From Macrostomum lignano (lineage: Eukaryota), in NCBI GenBank assembly GCA_002269645.1, contig NIVC01000127.1, positions 248,001 to 312,000 of the forward strand: a stretch of DNA of 64,000 bases, read 5' to 3'. Under the pieces are notes generated by a model, which saw only the letters and a list, made by a program, of their open reading frames with translations, made no database searches and was not told the DNA's origin. A program made the translations under genes and the position numbers. Shown here piece after piece: positions 34,716 through 46,485 of this stretch (its first letter is position 1; each line of letters opens with the position of its first letter).

Positions 34716-37700
34716 ATGTCCGCCGCTAAGCGAGTGAGCTCCACAGCTGTGAACTGGGCCCGTCTGGCCCAGCACACCCCCGCCCAGCAGGCTGACGCTA
34801 TGCGTTCTGTGCGCTCCCGTTGCGAGACTCTGGTTGCCAAGGTCAACAGTTTGCCAGCCGAGAAGCCGGCCATTGACTGGGCCCACTTCTCCAAGACTGT
34901 GCCAGCGCCAGGTCTGGTAGACAAATTTCGCAAAGAGTACGAGGCTTTCAAGGTTTGTGAGGGCTGTGTGCTGCAGCTTGGACTGGTTGCTAGGGGAGAC
35001 AACTGCTTATGGTTGCTAGGGTGGAGAACTGGTAGTTAGAGGGAGAGAACTGTTTGCAAGGTGAAGAGGACTAGTAGCTAGGCGGGGAATTGGTAGCTAG
35101 GGGGTGACTGTTGCTACTAGAGACGGTATTGGTTTCTAGGGGCGAGGACTGGTTGCTAGGGGAGATAGTACTGGTTGCTGGGGTCGAAAATTGATTGCTA
35201 GGGTGAGAGGATTGGTAACTAGGGGGGTGACTGGTTGCTAGGGGGAGGATTGCTAGCTAGGGGGAGATGACTGGTAGCTAAGTGAGTTGGTAGCTAGAGC
35301 AGAGGACTGGTAGCTAAGTGAGTTGGTAGCTAGAGCAGAGAACTGGTAGCTAAGAGAGTTGGTAGCTAGAGCAGAGAACTGGTAGCTAAGAGAGTTGGTA
35401 GCTAGAGCAGAGGACTGGTAGCTAAGTGAGTTGGTAGCTAGAGCAGAGGACTGGTAGCTAAGTGAGTTGGTAGCTAGAGCAGAGGACTGGTAGCTAAGTG
35501 AGTTGGTAGCTAGAGCAGAGGACTGGTAGCTAAGTGAGTTGGTAGCTAGAGCAGAGGACTGGTAGCTAGAGCAGAGGACTGGTAGCTAAGAGAGTTGGTA
35601 GCTAGAGCAGAGGACTGGTAGCTAAGAGAGTTGGTAGCTAGAGCAGAGGACTGGTAGCTAAGAGAGTTGGTAGCTAGAGCAGAGGACTGGTAGCTAAGTG
35701 AGTTGGTAGCTAGAGCAGAAGACTGGTAGCTAAGAGAGTTGGTAGCTAGAGCAGAGAACTGGTAGCTAAGAGAGTTGGTAGCTAGAGCAGAGGACTGGTA
35801 GCTAAGAGAGTTGGTAGCTAGAGCAGAGGACTGGTAGCTAAGTGAGTTGGTAGCTAGAGCAGAGGACTGGTAGCTAAGTGAGTTGGTAGCTAGAGCAGAG
35901 GACTGGTAGCTAAGTGAGTTGGTAGCTAGAGCAGAGGACTGGTAGCTAGAGCAGAGGACTGGTAGCTAAGAGAGTTGGTAGCTAGAGCAGAGGACTGGTA
36001 GCTAAGAGAGTTGGTAGCTAGAGCAGAAGACTGGTAGCTAAGAGAGTTGGTAGCTAGAGCAGAGGACTGGTAGCTAAGTGAGTTGGTAGCTAGAGCAGAG
36101 GACTGGTAGCTAAGTGAGTTGGTAGCTAGAGCAGAGGACTGGTAGCTAAGTGAGTTGGTAGCTAGAGCAGAGGACTGGTAGCTAGAGCAGAGGACTGGTA
36201 GCTAAGAGAGTTGGTAGCTAGAGCAGAGGACTGGTAGCTAAGAGAGTTGGTAGCTAGAGCAGAGGACTGGTAGCTAAGAGAGTTGGTAGCTAGAGCAGAG
36301 GACTGGTAGCTAAGTGAGTTGGTAGCTAGAGCAGAAGACTGGTAGCTAAGAGAGTTGGTAGCTAGAGCAGAGAACTGGTAGCTAAGAGAGTTGGTAGCTA
36401 GAGCAGAGGACTGGTAGCTAAGAGAGTTGGTAGCTAGAGCAGAGGACTGGTAGCTAAGTGAGTTGGTAGCTAGAGCAGAGGACTGGTAGCTAAGTGAGTT
36501 GGTAGCTAGAGCAGAGGACTGGTAGCTAAGTGAGTTGGTAGCTAGAGCAGAGGACTGGTAGCTAGAGCAGAGGACTGGTAGCTAAGAGAGTTGGTAGCTA
36601 GAGCAGAGGACTGGTAGCTAAGAGAGTTGGTAGCTAGAGCAGAGGACTGGTAGCTAAGAGAGTTGGTAGCTAGAGCAGAGGACTGGTAGCTAAGTGAGTT
36701 GGTAGCTAGAGCAGAAGACTGGTAGCTAAGAGAGTTGGTAGCTAGAGCAGAGGACTGGTAGCTAAGTGAGTTGGTAGCTAGAGCAGAGGACTGGTAGCTA
36801 AGAGAGTTGGTAGCTAGAGCAGAAGACTGGTAGCTAAGAGAGTTGGTAGCTAGAGCAGAGGACTGGTAGCTAAGTGAGTTGGTAGCTAGAGCAGAGGACT
36901 GGTAGCTAAGAGAGTTGGTAGCTAGAGCAGAGGACTGGTAGCTAAGTGAGTTGGTAGCTAGAGCAGAGGACTGGTAGCTAGAGCAGAGGACTGGTAGCTA
37001 AGAGAGTTGGTAGCTAGAGCAGAAGACTGGTAGCTAAGAGAGTTGGTAGCTAGAGCAGAGGACTGGTAGCTAAGTGAGTTGGTAGCTAGAGCAGAGGACT
37101 GGTAGCTAAGAGAGTTGGTAGCTAGAGCAGAAGACTGGTAGCTAAGAGAGTTGGTAGCTAGAGCAGAGGACTGGTAGCTAAGTGAGTTGGTAGCTAGAGC
37201 AGAGGACTGGTAGCTAGAGCAGAGGACTGGTAGCTAGAGCAGAGGACTGGTAGCTAAGAGAGTTGGTAGCTAGAGCAGAGGACTGGTAGCTAAGAGAGTT
37301 GGTAGCTAGAGCAGAAGACTGGTAGCTAAGAGAGTTGGTAGCTAGAGCAGAGGACTGGTAGCTAAGTGAGTTGGTAGCTAGAGCAGAAGACTGGTAGCTA
37401 AGAGAGTTGGTAGCTAGAGCAGAGGACTGGTAGCTAAGTTGATCGTGAATCGGTCAGTGATGACGGAATTAAACGGGCAGTCTGGTTTAGCCACAGATAC
37501 TAGAATAACACAGATTAACACAGTTATTCCACAGTTACTAGAATAACTAGTTATTCTAGTAACTGTGGGTTTAGCTAGACCTTCCAAATGCCGCTCAAGA
37601 CCAACCAAGATCACCGGCTCCAACCTGTCGCAGGTGCCGTACCCGCGCGACACGGAGGGCTGGCACGAGCTGATTGACGAGCAGCAGAAGCGTCAAAGCG

Positions 37701-37948
37701 AGATTCTGTCTAAGAGCCAGGCCCTCCTAACCGAGGTGCACGAAGCCGCCAACTCCTACCTGAAGACTCTGGACGAGAAGATTCCGCCCAGAGACGAGTG
37801 GACCATGGAGATGTTGTGCCTGTACTTCCCCGGCACCCTGTTCGACGCCAACAATCCGGACTTCAACAGGACGCCGAACCTGCCAGAGTACACCGAGGCT
37901 CCTAACAAGAACCGAGCCCCTGGCACCGGCCTGCTGAGCAAGCTGTGA
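34716..37948 (+). CDS. ATP5PD: ATP synthase F0 subunit d, mitochondrial
   Basis: join(34716..34952,37634..37948). VNWARLA, LPAEKPAIDWAHF, GLVDKFRKEYEAFK-VPYP, IPPRDEWTMEML..FP match the subunit-d pattern (IDW, KPAIDW, GLVD.F, KVP.P). Confidence 0.92.
35270..37438. repeat. 36-bp minisatellite (20+16 subunits) in the ATP5PD intron
   Basis: Unit gactggtagctaag(t/a)gagttggtagctagagcagag. Confidence 0.95.
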
Positions 37949-38512
37949 AGTTGAAGGCTTGTTGCAAAAACGCGCAACTGACTACTGATTAGTAGATGTC
38001 GGCCATCCCTATGCTGCAGAAAATATCAATATACAATACAATATATGTTATGGAAGATTGCCTGCCATCACTGCAAAGCTTTGCTATCTCCAGGTCTAGT
38101 AATTAGGTTTGTTTCGGGTCTCTCATCAGTGCATAGTTAGTAGGTTTAATTCAATTTTCAGTAGCAATTCTTATTTTAATAGATCTTATCAACTAGTAAG
38201 TTTGTTGTTTTGCAAAACCACGCAAACTTATTTATTTTGCTTACTATTTAGCGCACTTCTCCGCAACTTGTCATCTAAATAACTCTTAGAAGATAAAAAA
38301 TATAATTATGAATAAATTTGGCAACTTTGAAGCAACTAGCAAAAATATGGTTTGAATGGTAACATCTTTTTATTATTCAATTTTTTGCGAGTCCTGCGTA
38401 TATCAAGTTTCCTTGTTTTTTAATGACATGCCGCTTAGGGTGCCCTATAATTCTATTAGTAGCCTTTAAACCTAAGTTGAACTGCTCGGGTGGCTTTGGT
38501 CTCGTTTCTTAA

Positions 38513-41121
38513 CAGTAGAAAGACCACGCTATTTTTCCCCATGGGGAACACCACGGGGGTGTATTACACGACCCATTTCACGATAGCTCACAAACCGAAT
38601 AACCGATCTTCGTAAAAGTCCACCATATGGATCAAAATTTTCCGCCCTTTCCGACAAACCAACTTTCAAAGTCATCCGACGTCAGCATCGTCGAGATATT
38701 CAACTATTCTTGTCGAAGACACTGGTGGCAAGGACAACCAACACTACACTGTATAATAAACCTTTATGATGAATCCATATTGGCTCAATAATTTGGGTCC
38801 ATCTGTCGTAGAGGCCTTTGTTCTCAGCATCCCAGGCACCAGGGTACCCCTCATCTCCGTCTGGAGCAGCGGCGGCGACCGTCGGGACCTTCAACAAAAG
38901 CACCCGATCGGTATCTCAGAGACGGCTGCGTTCCCAAAACTGGAATGGAAGAATCCTCATAATCGGTGAGACATAATCGGTGAATGAAATAGACGATGGC
39001 GACCCTCTAGGCACAGGCGACCTTCGGGACCTTCAACGGAGTGCCACCACGCGGTCCTGACGAGCTGGCACCCCTAACATCGTGATTTTTCTATCAAGGC
39101 ACCAAACATGCAGGTATGCTTTTGCACCATGTCAAATTCGAAACTGCCGAACATCGTCAGCGGACTGCCGCAATGGACAAGCTCTACGGCAACGGACGCC
39201 TGTTGGAAAACTTTGTCAGTCAGCTACGCCATCGTGTTCTTTCCTGGCCGTACCTCTGCGTCGACGAAACTCTGGTTGTCTACTGGGGTGTGTGTGGACT
39301 GTGACTTCACGGTCTTTCTGAAGGAGAAGCCCGTCGCAATGGTGCCAAGCTGTTCCTGCTGACATCGGCTGGGAATTCAGAGATTCAGGATGACATGGAC
39401 ATCCGCTATGTGTTCAATGCGGAAATCTGCACTGGCAAAGGAACACTGCTGCCCACTAATTTTGCATCAGAGGAATCCGATGCTCGGCTGGCCAAGAGCT
39501 CAGAGGTGTGGAGTGGTGAGCAAGTTGTTTGCCACTTGGCTTATCCATTCAGATGACACTGGTACAGGAAATGGGATTCACGTTTCTTGGAACAGTGATG
39601 CGCACTCGTGGTGGCCTGCCAGCCGATCTCAATAATTCAACTCAAATCATGGCTCCACACACAAGCGAATTCCGGTTTTCTGAGGAGCTCACGTATGTGT
39701 CCTACTGCCCCAAGGCGGGCCGAAACGTGATGTTGCTGTCCACCATGCATCACGACAGACAATTGCTTCCCAATGGCAAGTCTGTAGCAATAGGCACGTA
39801 CTACAATTCTACCAAGAGTGGCACGGACACCTGCAACAGGATGTTCCGCACATCCGACTGCAAGCGAAAGTCCGACTCATGCGAGAAGGCAATCTTCTCC
39901 GGCGGCGTACTCAACATAGCAGCTGTGAATGCCACTGCTATCTGGAGACTGGCGCACCCGGAGCTCTGCGCCTCGCCGAACTATCGCAACGAGTTCCAAC
40001 TTCTGCAACCTCTGATTGAGGAGCGCTCGCAATCAGCCGCTCTTCTTCAGAATCTGTCCAATCATCACCGGCTGATGTTCCAGCTCGCAGGTTGTCGAAT
40101 CAACGACGAGCAAATGAAGGAACAGGCACGCGAAGCGGCGGCTGTGGTGTCAGTTGGTGGCAGAAAGCGCTGTGCAACATGTGCGAGAGAAGTCAAAGGA
40201 CGAGAAGCGTGCCTTGAGTGCGACCACAAGGAAGTGTTGCATGTGTGACGAAGGAATTTGCCGAAGACACACTGCGATGGAAGAGACAGTGAGTCACCAT
40301 TACTGCCTACGTTGTGCACCAAATTAAATAGTGACAATTGACTCCGCTTTTGTGTCTATGTGTCGGTGTTCAGATCCTTCTGCTCTGAATTTGCTGTAAT
40401 ATCCTTTTTGACAAATTAAATATTTTATATTCTTTAGGCGCCAATTAAATCTGTAACTCTCCGATTTAACATGGTACAAATGCATTGTATAATATGCAGA
40501 CATGCCTGGTTTGGTGCCTTGATAGAAAAAGCACGATGTTGAGGGTGTCAGCTCGTCGGGGCCTCGTGGTGGCACTCCGTTGAAGGTCCCGAAGGTCGCC
40601 TGTATGTCTACAGGTCAGCCTAGAGGGTCGCCATCGTCCATTTCATTCACCGATTATGTCTACTGACTGAATGCTGCATGCAGAAGAGGATTCTTCCATT
40701 TCAGTTTTGGGAACGCAGCCGTCTCTGAGATACCGATCGGGTGCTTTTGTTGAAGGTCCCGACGGTCGCCGCCGCTGCTCCAGACGGTGATGAAGGGGAC
40801 CCTGGTGCCTGGGATGCTGAGAACAAAGGCCATTACGACTGATATGCATAGTTTGTTGAGCCGACATGGTTTCATGCTGAGATTTTGTGAGCAGAAAATT
40901 TTTGCCAATGTTGGTGGTTTTTGCCACCGGACACCCTGAGGAGAATCATTGAATATCTCGACGATGCCGATTTTTCTTGATTCTCGAAGATGTTTCATCG
41001 AATAGAGCGGAAAATTTTAGCCGTGTTCTGGATTTTCATGGCAATTGTTAGAATATTTTTGGAGATACAGACAAAGGAAAAATGTGTGTATTTGAAATAC
41101 ACCCCCATGGTCTTTCTACTA
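38513..41121 (+). mobile_element. Decayed piggyBac transposon, TTAA-flanked, with an inverted second copy of its left end; transposase remnant at about 38750-40327
   Basis: TTAA at 38509-38512 and 41122-41125; termini CAGTAGAAAGACCA / TAGTAGAAAGACCA (inverted). Remnant motifs LLHHVKF, CVDETLV, VSYCPKAGRNVMLLSTMH, YNSTKSGTD, LNIAAVNA, and C-terminal Cys-rich RCATC...CCMCDEGICRRH...CLRC; many frameshifts. Confidence 0.88.
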
Positions 41122-41239
41122 TTAAAGGAAGACGATGTTCTTCATAAAAAACATTTTACAACCAGCGATTCGAAACCAGGGAAGCCTTTTCTGTTCTTGT
41201 CGGTCAAATGTCCTGGGAGCGCGAGATTTTCCCACAGGA

Positions 41240-41370
41240 GGATTCCCCGCAGGAAGCTTTCCTACAGGAGGGTTCCCCGCAGGAAGCTTTCCTACAGAAG
41301 GTTCCCCGCAGGAAGCTTTCCTACAGGAGGTTCCCCACAGGAAGCTTTCCTACAGGAGGGTTCCCCGCGA
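41240..41370. repeat. Short 29-30-bp tandem repeat
   Basis: Unit aggaagctttcctacaggagggttccccgc, about 4 copies. Confidence 0.8.
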
Positions 41371-41959
41371 GAATTAGGGTTTGCTTTTGTAGTTTCTCTA
41401 ATGGTAAGAAACTTTTTAGCGAAGAAAGAGAACGGGTTCGTTCGACCCATTTTTCTAAACTTAGCAGTGTTCTGTCAGGTGTTAATCTTTTAGTATCCTT
41501 TGAAATATAACATTGTTTCCGTTAGCAGTTCCTTATGTCTGTCGACCGAAAACCTAGCGCACATTCTCTCTACGAAGGCCTTCACACGGAACTACGAAAT
41601 CTCCCTTGGGAGAATTTTCCCATAGTCAGAATCACGAGAAACCTCAGCAGCCTCTTAGCTCAATTGAGTCCGCTCTCTATATTTATCTGCCCCTGGGCAG
41701 CGCCCCGCAGTGCCTGAGAGTGGAAGGAGTTTCACATGGAGTAGCGGCGCCTTCTGAACGTTAAGAGCTCAGGATTAAAGAATTGGAAATTTTCTGGCTT
41801 ATTGGCCTCTCAGCTCCTCTTCTTCAAGCCCCGCCTGTTTGCTGGCGCTGTCTTGGTCTATGGAATACCACTGATAGTGATGTTGAAGCTTAGAGCTGGG
41901 AGCTCTTGTTTTATTATTCCCCTGGTCCTCAGTTGTTTCGGGGTGGTCTGCGTCGAAAG

Positions 41960-42640
41960 GTCTTACCTCGAGAATGTGTGTTTCCTCTTCTTACGAGTAC
42001 GTAGTCTCTACACAATGCCCAGTCATGAAAAGCTAAAGCAGAAGACGATACACTCTTCTTGACTGGTGATGGTCGCTCGCCCGGTAGCCCTTAGGTAGCG
42101 GATGAGCTGACAGAGATTCTCGGGCCGGAAAACGTCAGAGGGTTTGGGTCGAGGTAGGTGAGCTTGTCCTAAGTATAGGCGGGGCATTCGCAGATGAAGT
42201 GCTCCGCATTCGCAACACAGAAGGGGCATTCTTTGCTACGGATTTTTCCCTGGAAGTAAGGGTGTCTGGCGAAACAGGTAGGGCCCGTGAGGGCCATGGT
42301 TAATCTGAATCCCTGATGTCCCTGCGGTTGAGTCTAAGCAGGGCCCTGCGGACGGCGGGCGGACATGGGACAGCCGCACGGGATTGCCGGCAGTCTGGTC
42401 GAGCCAGCCTTGACCAGACGATCGACCAAATCGAGCTTTGGGACACCTTGTTGGATGCGCTTAAGTGTTTAAGCTGCGCGTTGCAGTCGAGGACTGTACG
42501 CGAGCAGGTGGTGGTGCCCTCAAGGGCATGGATCGCCGCTTGACTGTCTGGTTGTCTGGAGGATGATCGCACCCAAAACTCGCTGATAACAATCGCAAAT
42601 CACGGGTGCAAATTTCTCTGAAGGCATCTTTTTTATTCTT
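41960..42640 (-). mobile_element. 3' fragment of an RNase H-containing non-LTR retrotransposon (R1/I/Tad-like), decayed
   Basis: [20 protein letters not shown] (RNase H), [30 protein letters not shown] (zinc-knuckle remnant), LIRYLRATGR*; frameshifted. Confidence 0.75.
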
Positions 42641-43625
42641 AGCACTAGTATTGATAAATCTATCAAAAGTTTTTACCTTGGGCGGGGCAGACAAAGAATC
42701 TTGCTTATGGCTGCGGGCCAGATGAGAGAAAAAGGAGAGGCGAGAGAGATGGGAGAAGAGCGTGGAGATGAGATGGAAGGAGAGAAGAGGGAAAGAGAGG
42801 AGAGGTAAGATGAGATGAGACCAACCTTAAGCGGGCCACATTGCTGTTGTGAAGTTTCAAGAACCCGAGGGCCGGATAGAGAGGCTTCGAAGGATGAAGT
42901 TTGCCGACCCCTGCACTAAATCTACCATTCACAGAGGCTGCACTCACAAGGTTATCAAGCTGGTTTTCGTGAAATTCTGCCGGAGAAAGGTCCCGGCAAA
43001 ATTTCAGTTTTTCTTTTTATGTATTTTTTCTAGACAGTTCGACCGGATTTGTCTATGGCAAAACCCTATTCATTGCCATGCAGAAAAGTAAATCTTCGAG
43101 AAATCTTGTCTGGGTATACAAACTACCCGGTACTTCAGACCAAGGTAAATGGCATTTTAAGCAAACTGCAGGTTACTGTTACTTCAGTCTCTCTGTTCCT
43201 CTTTTTAGCTTCATCTCGTTCGAATCAACAAAAACGAGTCCCTCAAAGCCTGAGAGGACTTCGATTTTCCCCATTCACCTGACGTCTCCATCGCCTTTGC
43301 TATCGACTATTTCTGGCGAGTGTCTGCATGCAATATGATGCAGTTGCAGTGACGCCCTGGCTGGACTGCAGACTCGCATGCTAACATGTAGACATGTATA
43401 TGCATGTAGTCTGTCAGGAATTGTAGATGAAAATTCACGATTCGCTCAATTTACAACACGCTCAGGTTTCAGTTGCTACTTTGAAACTTATCTCTATATT
43501 CGCTTAGGTATTAATTTTATCGTCAAGACGTCACCTGGACGATCCTGCTGCTGAATTGATTGGTCAATCTGGTCAATATGGCTCCGCTTATCTGCTGGTT
43601 ACGGATTCATTGTCCTAATCCAGAG

Positions 43626-43945
43626 CAATAATAATAATAATAGTAGTTACGCCCCACGCCAGCCACAGAAGTGGCCAAAAGGGGGGAGCGTCAAATCGCG
43701 CGTTTCAGAGCTAGGTCTCTAATGTGCTTCACACCGGCCGCCTGGCTGGGTGCTCGCGCATCTTCAAAAAGGCGGTCGACGTAGCGGGATGATCGTCCCT
43801 GGCCACGTCTGCGCGGTCCCTGCGGGGTCCACAGCAAGACGTCCTGCAGCGGCTCTGGGCAGTAAGCTTCGGCCCGGATGACATGTCCGGCCAGCCGCAG
43901 AGCAACTTTCAGTCACCGTCCGTCCTCGAATCGCATCCGACACTT
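43626..43945 (-). mobile_element. 5'-truncated RTE-clade LINE
   Basis: LRLAGHVIRAE...VLLWTPQGPRRRGQGR..RYVDRLFEDA...* followed by a (TAT)n tail at about 43626-43645. Confidence 0.8.
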
Positions 43946-44302
43946 GTTGTTGAGCTGCTGGTTTGACTAAAGCTGGTTTGACTATAGGCTCTTACGGGCC
44001 CTACAAATTCCAGTAAAAATACTGCAAAAGATGGGTTTGAACACTGTTGCTGAACTGAACCGCTTTAATCCGAACTTAAAAAGGGAGCGTATGGCTCCGA
44101 TGCGGATTTTAAGCCTGCAGTAAATGACAGTTTATTTGTCTTAAGAGTTCACAAAGAGAAACAACTTTAGAGGAAAGTATATGCTATAATACTGGGACAC
44201 AGTGCAGGCTGCCAGCAAGTGGCCGAAAATTCAGATCAGAACTTGTTTAGTCCCATATACGCCTGTCTGGCTTGCAAAACTGCAGCAATCCTGCTTAATA
44301 TA

Positions 44303-44917
44303 TCAATCTTGAGTAGGATTTTGAGTGATGTAATCGAAGAAACTCGAATGCATATTGCCATCGAAACGCTTGCCGAACATTCCACCGTTGAACCGCTTGC
44401 CGAACATTCCACCGTTGAACCGCTTGCCGAACATTCCACCGTTGAACCGCTTGCCGAACATTCCCCCGTTGAACCGCTTGCCGAACATTCCCCCGTTGAA
44501 CCGCTTGCCGAACATTCCACCGTTGAACCGCTTGCCGAACATTCCACCGTTGAACCGCTTGCCGAACATTCCCCCATTGAACCGCTTGCCGAACATTCCC
44601 CCGTTGAACCGCTTGCCGAACATTCCCCCGTTGAACCGCTTGCCGAACATTCCACCGTTGAACCGCTTGCCGAACATTCCACCGTTGAACCGCTTGCCGA
44701 ACATTCCCCCGTTGAACCGCTTGCCGAACATTCCACCGTTGAACCGCTTGCCGAACATTCCTCCGTTAAATTTCTTAACTTGGTTTGCAGCCAACGCCTG
44801 CTGTGTCGCATGCTCAGCGTTGTGAGGAATCACTTCAGTGTCCGCTAGCGAACAGAATGGAATGGATGCCAAAATGGCAGCTACAGCACCCAGAACAAGT
44901 ATATGTCGACTAGCCAT
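44303..44917 (-). CDS. Neuropeptide precursor: signal peptide + 15 x FNGGMF-amide
   Basis: Single ORF of 204 aa. Hydrophobic N-terminus with SLA-DT cleavage site, KK, then (FNGGMF-G-KR)15 and a non-amidated tail. Differences between the 27-bp repeat units are synonymous in this frame (GGT/GGG/GGA, AAC/AAT, TTC/TTT). Confidence 0.92.
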   Translation of the reverse strand: MASRHILVLGAVAAILASIPFCSLADTEVIPHNAEHATQQALAANQVKKFNGGMFGKRFNGGMFGKRFNGGMFGKRFNGGMFGKRFNGGMFGKRFNGGMFGKRFNGGMFGKRFNGGMFGKRFNGGMFGKRFNGGMFGKRFNGGMFGKRFNGGMFGKRFNGGMFGKRFNGGMFGKRFNGGMFGKRFDGNMHSSFFDYITQNPTQD

Positions 44918-45002
44918 GTTTAATCGCGACAGATCGTCTGCAGTCTATGCAGTCTAAGCCTCTCAATTTGTTGACCATGCTAAGAGCACCAGCTACACTG
45001 CA

Positions 45003-45010
45003 TATTTATA
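45003..45010 (-). promoter_or_regulatory. TATA box of the neuropeptide gene
   Basis: TATAAATA on the minus strand, about 86 nt upstream of the ATG at 44917. Confidence 0.55.
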
Positions 45011-45879
45011 CGAAAGAGGAATTCAAACCATCTCCTGTCCCACGAGGCATGATTGGTCGAGCTCCTGCTCAGAATTCTAGTCATTGAGAGCTTATTCGTT
45101 ACAAGTTACAACCGCTCCGAAATCAGAGTCAGTTATTACTGCCCAAGTTTTCAGTTGTTGCATGCAATGCGCAGGAAAAAATGAATAAATTTTAAAGCAG
45201 GCAAAACGCGATTCTGTCTCAAATATATGCAATTTAGATTAGCACACAGAATTTATACAACCATTTTTCTCTCAACTATCGTACGAGTACTTCAACTTTC
45301 CTTCCCTGGTGAACGCAACCTAGAAATGGCCAAGATCCATATTTGGGACTCGATGATGATGGAAGCGCACGGGAGGAATCGCGCCAGCTTCCTGTCCTGG
45401 GGGACTGCTGAATTGGTGAAAATTAACTTTCGACACGCAGAGTCTCCAAGATGATAGTCTAAAAAAGTTTGTTAGTTTTTAAAACAACCCAGGGGTGTCA
45501 CCAAGCATTTTATGGTAGGGGGGAGCCAAGAATTCTACGTGACTAAATTTCTACAGTATTTTGGGAATCTGCATGGGTTCTAGCTAGCACTCATTTTGGC
45601 GCCGCAGACACTGGCGCCACAGGCCTCATTTTTTGCACCTCAAGCACTCATTTTTTCACAGTTTTGGCGCTGAGACACTCGTTTTGGCGCTGAAGGCGTT
45701 ATATTTTGGTGCTCTGAAACAAAATTTGTTATTTGCATAGGTGGGGCTTGGGGTGACAAAGTAATGGCATGTCCCCACATAGCTTTTACTAGGGGGGGGG
45801 GGTGGGGACATGTATCCGCCGGTGGCGACGCCCCTGCACCAACCTATAGCTCGTAAATTCTATAGATGTACGAGCATAG

Positions 45880-46060
45880 CTCACGGACAACCGAACTAAT
45901 TTGCGCGAGCATAGGCCACGCCGCTGACAGAATCCGGGGGCTGCAGACAGTGCATGCTTGCAGCATCAGTAGCAGCAACCGTACCGGCTGTGAGCAGTCG
46001 TATACAACTCGGCGCGGATGATGTGGCCTGCCAGTTGGAGTTGCCAAAGGCGCAACAGGT
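45880..46060 (-). mobile_element. Second, more degraded RTE-like LINE remnant
   Basis: QLAGHIIRAE[frameshift]YDCSQPVRLLLL resembles RLAGHVIRAEAYCPEPLQDVLL at 43.9 kb. Confidence 0.5.
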
Positions 46061-46485
46061 TGCTTAGACTGACCAGACTGCCTTGAAATTGTGGCCTATG
46101 GCAAGCCATGATGAGACAAATTAAGTACTCCAGCTCATTTAACTTCTCCTCCGCTGGGAGTTCCGATTTTTTAATTAAATTATCTTAAAACATTGCACAC
46201 CAATTTCCCCCGACTTGAACACGAGTAAACGAGCGTTTAAAAGTCGCAAAGCATAAATATTTAGAGTAGAAACGAGTAGTTAACGATAAGGATTGGTAAA
46301 ATAAAAGCCTATCAAGATATTTATTGATTTTTAAATACATTCAATAGTTAAACGCTTTAAGTTTCAGATTAATGGAGAAATGTTCAATATTCAAAATTTA
46401 TGATTCAATAAAACGAAAACGTTATGCATGTTATGTAAAGAACATTTTTTACAAATTTTCTACACACTACTGTTGTTTAACCAAG

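Noticed and set aside
44219-44848. Alternative frames over the neuropeptide repeat (VEPLAEHST, ECSASGST, PPLNRLPNI)
   Set aside because: Repeat variants change amino acids in two of these frames, and none has a signal peptide or processing sites; only the FNGGMFGKR frame is coherent.
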